From assembly GCA_030265395.1 (NCBI GenBank), contig JARFYF010000029.1:15833150-15897149 (forward strand): a DNA stretch of 64,000 nt. Direction: 5' to 3'. The notes below the pieces were generated by a model. That model was not told the DNA's origin. It was given only the letters and a program-made list of their open reading frames with translations, and made no database searches. Origin of the DNA: Rhina ancylostomus. Taxonomy: Eukaryota. The position numbers and the translations under genes are program-made. Below, in pieces: positions 36,781 through 48,120 of this stretch; positions within the stretch are counted from its first letter, which is position 1; each line of letters opens with the position of its first letter.

Positions 36781-37020
36781 CGTTTCTACATGCTCACTGA
36801 CAACAGCGTTCAGAGGTGCCCAAAGTGCTAGACTGCTTGAGCAACATCTGGTATGGGTGCACCCGGAATTATAATCAATTGGGAAGACCAAAGCCATAGT
36901 CTTCAGTCTTATCTGCCAACTCCAATTCTTCCCCTCTGTAGCACACAAATACTGTTGAGATGCACCCATATTTAGTACCAAAAGGTCATTGGTGAGGCAG
37001 CTAATGGCATTGTTTCAGAC
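36781..37020 (+). mobile_element. Resumption of the L2 RT (motif C onward)
   Basis: RFYMLTDNS (for xFHMYADDT) and SIGKTKAIVF (for LNIGKTEAIVF). Confidence 0.6.
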
Positions 37021-37444
37021 TTTGCCTCGCCTTAGCTAGAAAGGTTACCAATGGAGATCAGACAATGGTGTCACTGCTAAAACGCTCATGGAATGAGTAT
37101 GTCAGCAGGTAAATGCTGAAAGAGCAGTCACAGTTAGTTGTGTCTGTGAACAGTAAGTGTTTGAGCAGATTGCAGAGAATTCCCATACTGTCCAGTGGGC
37201 CTCTCGTTGTCTGGAGCATTCCTTTAAGTAGGCACAAAGGCAGCACAGTGTACTCCTAGCTTGTCCGTATTGAAGAAAGGCTAAAGGTTGTACCCCAATG
37301 CTCCAATTTATTGCAGCAATGGAGGACATGTAGGCGGTGTTGCCTGTCACATTACTAGGTGTGACTGACACTGGGAAAACATCCACTGCACTATACTGGG
37401 TTAATATACTGGTGGTGAATTGAGCTATTGGACAGAAAACAGAG

Positions 37445-37925
37445 TGGAAATGAATGATTTGGATGAGGAGGTCAAGTATATCTTACGATACAAAGTTGGG
37501 TGGCAGTGTGAGTTGTGAGGATGCTGAGAGGCTGCAGGTGGGTATCGATAAGCCAAGGGAATGGGTTGGGTGGGGGGGGAGGAGGACTGGCCACATGGAA
37601 TATAATGAGAGGCCATTCAGTTTTATTTTAAAAAATGCACAATACTTCTTTTAAATGGTGTGATATTGAAAAGTGCTTATGTCCAGAAGGTGCTTTATGG
37701 ACACAACACAGAATGGTGATATGCAGGTACACAAGCAATAGGAAGGCAATGGTATGTTGGCCAGGAGGAGTTGAGTGCAAGACCTCAAATGGAATTCATA
37801 AAGGGCCCTGTTGAGACTGCTCATGGAAAATTGTGGAACATTCTGGTCTCCTTACCCAAGTAAGGATATATTGTGATAGAGGGCGTTCAGCAAAGGTCCA
37901 TCAGATTGATCCCTGGGATGGCATG
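37445..37925 (+). mobile_element. Degenerate CR1 RT fragment
   Basis: NDLDEE, DTKLGGSVSCEDAERLQVGIDK, and FWSPY relics. Confidence 0.8.
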
Positions 37926-38939
37926 TGCCCACGTGTGCATATAATGCATCCTATGGAAAGAGGAAGGTTTACTTTCTGCCAGGATCACATCATTCCATGT
38001 GTTCTATCGTGAACATGCAAAATAATGAAGTGATACAGTTTTTGCATCCGTTAATACATTGAGTTTTCTTTCACATGTTCATTTCAACCAGCTGTTACAT
38101 TGTTCGAGTGTGTCCATATTAGAACAGCTTTATGGTGCTTTCTACTCACCGAAGAAGAGAGTGACAGGAGTGGGGAAGGGGCGGAGGGAAAGGAGGGATT
38201 CTTCTTTCCAAAATATAATGAGCTTCACCAGGTTTCCTGATGACTTGTTACTGATCTGCACAAAATAAGATATACAGGTTTGAGAAACAAATAAAAATGG
38301 ATGAAACTAGGAAGCAAGGAGATTATGCAAGTATTTCATTTGTCCAATTCTATATTTACACACTGCTCTGAGATAAAAGAACAAATCATTCAGCAACTGA
38401 ATTATCACTTACTAAATTCAAACAAAGAATCGCAGAAATAATGCAAGGAGAAACTGTTGAAGAAAGTTATAAACTGGGACAGGACATTTTAAAAGGACTG
38501 TTCCTGCACAAAGCAAAATTAACAAAACGTGCTTTTACTTGTCAAGGTAAAAGAGAATAATTGTTGTCATATTGTGAATAGGTAGAGGATGGTAGTTGAA
38601 CAAGTGTGTAGGACTCCAGGTAGATCTGACATTAGTAGAGTTGATTGACAGAAGACTTTGAAATTTCAACACAGCTGCAGAAAAAACTGGAAGGGCAAGT
38701 CAGAGAAAAGGGTATTATAGAGTTCATGTCAATTTGAAGTGTGAAGCAGATTGATGGCTGTAACAATGTTTTGTTCTTTGTCTAATCATCCAACACCAAA
38801 CTATTTGTTACAACACACTTTTAACCAATTAGAAGCATGCTATTTGAGTAAATATGCTAATGCAAATATGCCTTGAACTTACTTGATTCAGTTCAAGAAA
38901 TCCTTAAATTTAAAGAATTCTGAAAGAGTCCATATTTAC

Positions 38940-39816
38940 AGAAATCAAATAAAGCTACAGATGCTGGAACCTGAAGCAAAAAAAAGAAATGCTGGAAGAA
39001 CTCAGCCAGTCAAGCAGCATCTGTGGAAAGTGAAACCAGCTAATGCTTCGGGTCAATTATCTTTCCTTAGAACTGGGCAGTAAATGGAGGGTGCACAGTT
39101 TTCAAAGCAGAGCTGTCAGGAGGAGTGAGGTGTTAANNNNNNNNNNNNNNNNNNNNNNNNNNNNNNNNNNNNNNNNNNNNNNNNNNNNNNNNNNNNNNNN
39201 AACTGCTGTTAGAACTCAGTGAGTCAAGCAGCATCTGTGGAGGCAAAGAGGTGGTCGATGTTTCAAGTTGAAATCCCGCATCAAGTTTGGGAGTGTAGAG
39301 GGAAGATAGCCAGTATCTCCAAGTTAGTGGGAGGGTGAGACGGAGGCTGGTAGGTGATAGGTGGAACCAGATAAGGCAGGGCTGATTGGCAGAGGGAACC
39401 AGGTAGGGTAGGGGATAGGAAAGTGAACTTACATTTGGAGACAAGTTAAAACAATCGGGTGATAAGGAGCATAAGTATTGACTTTTAGCAAGAATTGGGG
39501 TATAACAGAAATGGGGTGAAAAAGGAACACAATCATAATGGAAAGTGATGAGAGAGTAGCTTACCTGAAACTGGAAAGTTCAAGTGCTCATTTCAGAGGG
39601 TTGTAAAGTGCCTTGACAGAAGATAAGATATTGTTTTCTTGTTTATGTTGGGCTTCACAATGGCAGTGGAGGAGGCCGTAGATAGACAGGTCAGAGTGGG
39701 AACAGGATTGAGAATTAAAGTGGCATGCACAGGAAGCGGACTGAGGTAAGGCGTTCTGTGGAGCGATCACCCAATCTGTGATTGGTTCTCCTATGTGGAG
39801 GAGATACGCAGATACA
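38940..39816 (-). mobile_element. Penelope-like element 3' end with tandem terminal repeats
   Basis: HIGE…RLGDR…ACHFNSQSCSHSDLSIYGLLHCHCEAQHKQE (GIY-YIG C-half, 39590-39816), then terminus copies at ~39200-39300 and ~38945-39075 in the same orientation. Confidence 0.85.
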
Positions 39817-42800
39817 NNNNNNNNNNNNNNNNNNNNNNNNNNNNNNNNNNNNNNNNNNNNNNNNNNNNNNNNNNNNNNNNNNNNNNNNNNNNNNNNNNNN
39901 NNNNNNNNNNNNNNNNGAAACATACTTATAAATACACAAATAGATCCATATTTTTGTACCAACGCACTTACATTAGTTTTAAATTACATTGTTGCTTTTA
40001 CTTTGGAGGCAAGAACCACAATTCCTTTCTAACCAAGGTGGATGTTGGTGATGACACTTGCATGATGCAAAACAGCACTACCTAAAAATGAATGAAATTG
40101 CTGCCTTTGCATCACATACTCAGCTTTGACTTTCTCTGTGTGAAGTAAACTCTTCTAAAGGAACAGGGAATGGGAGTAAATTATTAACGTGATAAAGACA
40201 CTCATCAGCTGTAGGAAGCTATCAAAGTCTTGATGATTTTACCAGCCAGTCTATATTCATATCAGACTGCTGCATTGAAGACTGCAGGAACTGGTCTGTC
40301 ATTGACAGTACTGGTTTAAGTTCAGAGTATTTCCTTTGAATTTATGGCCCAATAATTTGCAGCCAGCTGTGAAGTGATGGTGTTTCCTGCTAACCTGGTG
40401 TAAAGCTCTCACAAAGATCTAACAATCTGTGTGGTGGGAACTTGCCCTTTTCTGACTCAAGTGGATACCTGTCATCTTGCAGATGTGATGTCATCAAACT
40501 GGCTGAACTCAAGGATCTTGCAAACAAAGCAGAATCCATTTTTTAAAATGAACTTTTTAAATGTTATACAGAGATTGGAACATATACACATGATTAAGAT
40601 AGCAAAAATATAAGGGATATTTTTAAATGATTTGATATTCCTAGCCTGGATCTGAAATGGAACTTGAACCCAGAAATCTCTGAATCAAAGGTGTGCTGCC
40701 ACCTGGATATTGCAGGAGGTGTTGGAGGCTTTTCTAAAGGGTATGGGTGGGTCAGATGTCAGGTCAACCTGAGACACAGGCAAAAGACAGGCGTATAAAC
40801 AAGGTGGGTCGAGCATTCCAAGACCATCTGCCAACCACACCCAAATATAGCTATTCACGTGAAGATGTCACATCTTTCTGTTGGCCCCAACATCACCAAC
40901 CTCTCCTTTTTTCCACTATCCCAAATGCACTACACCTTGCAACATGGTTGGCAATAATGGTCTAAAGGTCTTTGCATCAAACGTCACACGTCTGTCAGAT
41001 GCTCAAGGCTGGAGACCTCCCTCCTGATGTGTGTAGAGAACAGACAGTGGCTAATGGTGCCCTTCCCTGTCCAGTTTACAACTGTGACTGGCTGCAGTAG
41101 TCCACGTTCCAGGTAATATAGCTCCCCTGAATTAGCTCTATATACAGCCACTGCAGGTCATTTCCAGTTGGGAAATGGTGAATCCGTCAATAGCAAAAGT
41201 CATTAGCAGGACAGAATAAATGACAATGCTTTGTGGATCAATTATTCCTTGATCTTTTAAGTGAGTCAGTTAATCAGTTCCAGAAGTATCTGAATGCAAT
41301 ATTGCCTTGAAGTTTTTTGATATTCGAAGCAGACAAGCACACTTACTTAACATCATCCTTGGTTTTTGTACCTTACAATTACAATTTATCAAGATCCATA
41401 TCTAACAGAAACACACTTAGCTGGTACATGGTAGGAAATTAATGGAAATATTTTGGGCATCCTCAGATCATGCATAATAATGTGGTGGTTTGGTTCAGAG
41501 CTGTGCATTTACTTAATAATACAGATAAAGTAGTGATGACTTGCCAGATTCACCTATATGTCAAATATTGAGTACCACTCTTTTGTGTTACTGGTAAAGA
41601 GACGATCTCTGAAGGAGGCACTATGGTAATTGGCATCAGGGAACAGGGTGGGGCTTAAAAAAAGAAACCCAGAAATGAACCTGCTTTCCAGCTCTCACCT
41701 CTGAATATTTCAAGTCTGCATTACTTCCATCAATTGTGATGTAGTCAGATGATGGACATTATTCCATTGCAGTGCTCTCCTTGTAACTATCATTCTTGCT
41801 TTCTTTCTGCGGTCTAATAGCCAGAATCTTGCAAAATCAGCAGACCCCTCTGGTGACAGTGAAATCAATTAAATTGACTGCTGGCTCCTGCCACTCCCAC
41901 CCAGTTCAGCTCGCTCACATACAAAACTTGCCGAGTTAAGTGCAAATCTCAAGACTATTTTTGCCCAAACCTGGATTTATGGGTGAGTGCAAATGCCTGT
42001 GCATTTGATGCACAGAGACAAGTCAAAATAAGTAATCTTATGAATAATAACACAAGTAGATAAAATATTGACATTAAAAAAATAGCTGGCAGTGCTCAGT
42101 ACAGAAAATTCATCAATATAAGTGGTACCTGCAACAAGAGCGTTTCTTTTTCAAAATATTGACTGGGAGTTGAGCATTGCCCACTGCCAGTGCCTTCCTT
42201 GCAACGTTCCCATAATGGTGAAAAGCTATCATTCATCGAGTGAAAATGAGGGGGAAGAAAAAGCAAAAAGGAGTTCATAAGGGCAGAAACTTCAGTGCCA
42301 GTCACAAAATAAGGCTCCATATAATGTGTGCACCTGTTCTGCTGACATCAGAGCTGAAGGAGAAACCATAATGTAACAAGCACAAACTCAGACTTTTGAG
42401 CTTCAAACTCCTTGCAAAATGAAGACTGAAATATTTATATAGCAAGATTCCAGCTGGGGCTGTGTTGATAATAATAAAAAAAATTATTCAACAGATGAAT
42501 TGCACAAACTTCAGCCTTTTCTCATCCAATGAGCTTGCACATATTCACTGTGGGAACTTGAGATCAAACATAAGCAGCAGAATAAAGGGGAAGCAGATGA
42601 AGTCACAAAGGAAAACTGAATGAACTTAGGACGAGTCTGCTTCATGTAAATTCTTTCAAATTTGTCTTTTTAAGTTCTAGATAAAAATGGAAAAGTAATC
42701 CAGTTTGGTCATTTATTTCCTAAACATTGTAGATTCATTTTGATCAGCTTAGAGTTTACAACATATTTGTATCTGATGAAGGCATAAGAGCATCTCAATA

Positions 42801-43559
42801 TCATGGATACACTAATTACACACATTGTGCTTTAAGGATGCCAGCTATGACTCCAACAACGCGAGACTATCCAGTGGTGTTTCACCACTCATGCAAACAT
42901 TGTTGTAAAGGACCTACTGGATGTCATAATGAGGATTGTATACCTCATCAAAAGGAAGCTGAGATTTTTTTCAGTAAAAAAGAAAGAAACGTTATTGATT
43001 GCTCTTGGAGAAAAATAATTATATAATTCATACCCATTAGAAAATAAATACACTTTACCATCTATTTGGAAAGAGAGCCAAAACATATTTTGCGCAAGAC
43101 TTAGACCAACTAATCAGTATCTTTTTTACTTTTATACAAATATTCCTTTAATCATACTTAATGTTACAATCTTACCAAATTTCCTTCTTGTTTCACACAT
43201 TTACATCTTGAATATGCTGTTTCATTTGAAACTTACACTATTACATTTTAAAAAGATGATTTGAATTAGCTGCATTCCTAGAAGTCCCTTTGAAAGGAGA
43301 AAAACAATGCACAGATTCTGTCTTGGGCCATCTGCACATCTATGGGGACTGTCGTATTTTAAGTTGAATATGCTCACAGGCTAATTACACAGTTCCCTCA
43401 TGCCTTTGAAATGTTAAAAGCCTTGCAAATGCAAGTCAGACACGGAAGGATTGCCCTTGGAGCCAAGCTCTTTGATATGGAGGTCTGGCATTAAAAAATG
43501 CAAAAGCAAGGTATTTGTGGATTGGAATTTCCACCACACATTAAGAGAAAAAAACAGCT

Positions 43560-44290
43560 CAACAGGCATCTGAGGTCCAACAGGAAACACATGAGCTAAG
43601 GAAAAGATGGTGGGTGGAAAGAGTACTGGAGGCCCAGCAACTTACTGTTAACTATGTGTGAATTCTTCAGCCTTGTCAGGACCAGTTATGACTGGAGAGT
43701 CCACTTTGTCGAGAGCCAAGAACTGAGGACAGAAAGGCAGATTGCTGGAAAGAACATTTGTAAGAACTTCTCAACCATTACTCTAGTCCTTGACCTGAGT
43801 GTCTTTGAATGCCTCCTTTGGCAAACAACCGAGTCCTTCTTTCCTGGCATCCCAGTTCGACAAGCAGTCTAAAAGGCCATATGTCTTCTAAGAAATTATA
43901 AGGACTTGGGAGCAGATGGATTCCCTGCTGAAATTCTAAAACCTGTGGAGGAACTTCAGTTACAAATTCATACTCACATCTCCCATGTCTGGAAAGAGGA
44001 GGACATATCAGGGAACCTCAAAGCTTCACCTCCAAGAAAGGAAACATATTCAACTCTGGTAACTGCAGAGGTGTGTGCTTGCTGGCCGTGGCAGGGAAGG
44101 TTGTCAGCGTCCTCTTCAACTGTGTCCTTATGGTGGCTGAAAAGTTGCTCCTTGAATCTCAGGGTAGATTCCACTCACCTAGAGACACAACTGATACTAT
44201 ATGATCTTCACTGCACACGCAAATGCAGGGAGCAGCATTCATCAATATACACGCCCTTTCTCTCCTCCACCAAAGCCTTTGACTTTGTAA
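43560..44290 (+). mobile_element. RTE-clade LINE fragment (RT N-terminus)
   Basis: GADGFPAEILK…VWKEEDISGNLK, NCRGVCLLAVAGKVV, LLLESQGRF, KCREQHSSIY…TKAFDFV are diagnostic RTE-type RT relics. Confidence 0.85.
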
Positions 44291-46539
44291 AGTATTTTTC
44301 ATTTTGCATATTTAGCTACTTGTTTTGCAATCCATAAATGTGGCTTCCTGTGTCTTACGTTTTATTGGTATTTTTGTTTTATTAGTAACTTCACTACTTT
44401 CCTTCATTCTTAACATGATTTGAATGTGTAACGAGCAGCTCTACATTCTGCATAGAAATGGTTGTAGATTCCTTCCTGCTTAATATTTTTAGCAATAGCA
44501 ATTCCTTCATTATGTGATTCTCCACACTGCCTTCAGTGCAAGTGCATCGAGACAGTCAGGTCAACAATTATGGAACATACATGACACTTTTGGTTTCTTT
44601 TTAAGCAATTTTTCTTTATTTTTCTGTCCAATTTTTGTGATAGTTTTCCCTATCATTTATTTCATATTTCAGGTAGGTCAAAGCTGTGCCTTATATTACT
44701 AGCTTGCTTCCCTGCAAAGGTCAGTTATCTCTCTTAAATTATGCCATGGTAGGTATACAAAGCCTTACAGTGCCTGTTTAAAAGCAAAGGAATATGCAAA
44801 AATTAAGGACACTGATTCACATATGTTAAGGAAAAGGATACAGAAATTCAGTATGTATGAGCTAGAATCATGAAAAATAACTAACAAAAGAAATATTGGA
44901 TATCAATAAAGCTTAAACTATTGACGAGGGAGGGCTTGAAGGTTGACTAAGAATGCTTACTGGTCTATGTGTAACCTCAACTCCATACTATGTTTTTTAT
45001 TCAATAAATACCCTCTGTAATGCACCCAAATTGTACAGTAAAAGAATATTTATTTTGAACATTTCGAAGTATTTTACAACCAATTAAGTACCCTCTGAAG
45101 ATTATTTTTAGTTGTTGTATACTATAAGCCTCATCAAGGAAGAATTGTTAGCAGATGTACAAATACCAAATATACACATATATGTACTTACATCTGGTCT
45201 AATAATACAGCATAATTGGTGTGCTCATTCATATTTTCTGAACACCATTTCTTTGGGTAAGTAACCATAGATTTTTTTTACATGAAAGGTAACTTTCAAA
45301 TAATTTTTTTCACCTCATTGACTTTTTCTTATAAAATAGATTAAGTAAGTAATAACTGTAATTTTGTATTATGCATGGATTTTGTATATGTTACCTGCTA
45401 TTTATTTTCTGCTAGTTATCTGAAAGTAAAAATATTACAGTAAAATAGATGATACCAATATTGTTTAAAATGATCCTTCCATTTAAAGACTGCCAAGGGA
45501 ATTCATGCTCTTTTCCATTCTTTTGTTTGAGAGCCAACATCTTACCAATTAGCCACATTGCTTCCTATCAAGCAACTTCTAAACTTGCATGGTGACTTGT
45601 GCTCCATCTCAAAACTCACTTAGCTGGCTATGTATTGCATGAATCAGCAGTTTGAGTGTGCAAACTCATGTAAGCTATGGTCTTCACAATTTTATACAGA
45701 TCAGAACCTTGGACAGCAATAACGGCTCTTGCCAGGTCATTGTCTGACACTTTGGACAATAACTACTAAGTAACATCTTTAAGTGATATTCACAATGCAA
45801 TTAATGCCATACCAAAAAGTGTTGATACTCATTTGTTAAGATTGGTCAGAGTATTTTGTCACTCAGGTATATACAAGTGGATTTCCCCACACCATCCACT
45901 AACTGATGGTCACAGTTTCACTTTCTGTTCACGCTCACAGATGTCTTAACACAAGTTTTGCTATTGCCTTGTACTTTGGTTTTATCTTCTCTTTTTAGTA
46001 CTTCTTTTGTTGACTTTATATTGTTTAATTTTTGACTCTCATACTATTTCCATTTTTTTATTCACATTCTGAGATATTTTCTACTATATTTGCCATATTC
46101 CCTGTGTTTGTATTGCCTCTTTCCTTATACCCTATGCCACCAGAATCCCTCTTGCTCCTTTCCAAGCTATGGGTTACTGAATGTTCCATTGATGGTCCCT
46201 TGGTTTGGATCCTCCTTGTAGAACTTGTGTGTCTGCTTCACTATTTTCCCCCTTCCAGTTTGAATCTGTATATTGCCAACTCATGTCAAACCGAGTCTCA
46301 AAAACCCATATTGCTGCCTATGCTCCATGGCTGTACCATCAAGCTGATAACAAGTTAGAACTTTCCACAGCTCTCTTTTCTGTTAGTTCAAAACTCTGCG
46401 CCACCCTTGTCCTTTCCTGCACAGAGCCCGGCAAATCAACTCCTATTTATTCCCTCGCTGAATTTATTGTCTGTCCCTAATCTCCTCTGAACTGAGGAGA
46501 CAATTAATGGTCAACTGCACTGATGGACATATAGGCCGA

Positions 46540-46766
46540 ACTGGCTCAGGTGGGCCTCCACTGAAGGTCATTAATGAACCAGGCAGATTTTACAACAATC
46601 CAGTCATGGATACCACAACTGAGACTAGGTTTTATAAAACATTCAGATCTTTTTAATTATTTAAATACCCAGCTACTGTGGTGGGATTGAAATTCTCACC
46701 TCTGGATCAATGCTCCAGAATTCTGGCTACCAGTTCAGTAACTTAACTACTCTGCTACTGTACCAT
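46540..46766 (-). mobile_element. tRNA-derived SINE, 5' part (second shark SINE family)
   Basis: Minus strand ggtacagtagcagagtagttaagttactgaactggtagccaga…ttcaatcccaccacagtagctg…ggattgttgtaaaatctgcctggttcattaatgaccttcag; related to 54880-55050, with tail relics at ~24055-24120, ~25710-25770 and ~34965-35000. Confidence 0.65.
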
Positions 46767-48027
46767 CTGAGATCCTAACTCTTCTCGTTCCATGAGCTAC
46801 CACACCCAGTTTCAGAAGTTTTTGGTCCAACTGGCTCCCAACAAATACTGCCTCATTTCTCTAGTCCATCACAATCAATTCCATGCACTAAGACCAGTCT
46901 TTCAACTGCTATTCACATCCCTCCTGGTACGCTCATCCATTGCCACTTGGTAACTGAGGGAGTTGCTTAGTTTTGGAAAGATTAGAAGAGGGCAGAAATG
47001 ACGCAGCATCCAATTTAATACACTTGTTATGAAGAATGCACTGTGTGTAAGAAACATCACATTTCGCACCACATAACTTAGTTATATTATGCATATAGTG
47101 AATTAACTAAATGGAAAAATTGAATAAAATCATACGTCTACCATCACCTGCAGATCCGCATAAAATCAATATTTCAATATATTCTTCCCATGTTTTGATA
47201 CTAAAATGCAATATAAACTATATAGATTCATGGAATATTGTCTATCATGACTGACTTTACACTAAAGAACAATCCAATTTGTTCAAATCCCCTATTCTTT
47301 CCCCATGGTTCCACAATATTTAGTTTCATCAATATTTCACTGTCAGTGAATTATCTAATTCAATGTGTCTGTGTTACCATACACTTCTGTTTCCTATTTT
47401 TGTGCATGATTTGTGCCATCCAATTTTAGAACAGGATTTTTCATTCTGGAGTCAAAGTGAGTTGGAAAGTGCATCTCTCTGAACGGCAAATCATAGCAGT
47501 TATCCAAATGTCAAACACTGCCACAATGAGTAATCAAAAGCAATGAGCAGAACACAATGCTGAAAGTTGTGAATAAACATACGTTTCTGCACCTCATCCC
47601 AATACAGCAACCTGCATTGGGATATTAGACATGAGATTAGAAGTTCATAATAAATAAATAAACATCTTTTGAGGGGATAGTCTTTTTTTAAACCCGAAAG
47701 CTCTACTTTACAAATGAGAGATGGTATCTATTCCATGGTAGAGATTCAAGAATATGCTAAAAGCCTCCTTGAAAAAAATACAACATCCCGACAGACGCCT
47801 GTGAATTGTTGGCTTATAATCGCTCAAAACGGAGGAGCATTCAGGACAACATTGAGAACATAAGAGTCCATGTACCAGGTGCTCATGGAAATCCAGACGT
47901 AAACATAAGAGTGCATCACTTCAAACTNNNNNNNNNNNNNNNNNNNNNNNNNNNNNNNNNNNNNNNNNNNNNNNNNNNNNNNNNNNNNNNNNNNNNNNNN
48001 NNNNNNNNNNNNNNNNNNNNNNNNNNN

Positions 48028-48120
48028 CCTGTGATGCTGCTGCAGGTAAGTTTTTCATTGCACCTGTGCACACATGGACTTGTGCAGATGACAGTAAACT
48101 CGACATTCACTTTGACTTTG
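48028..48120 (+). mobile_element. LINE 3' tail (Rex1-like) after a gap
   Basis: cctgtgatgctgctgcaggtaagtttttcattgcacctgtgcacacatggacttgtgcagatgacagtaaactcgac…ctttgactttg, with a microsatellite-like end. Confidence 0.55.
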
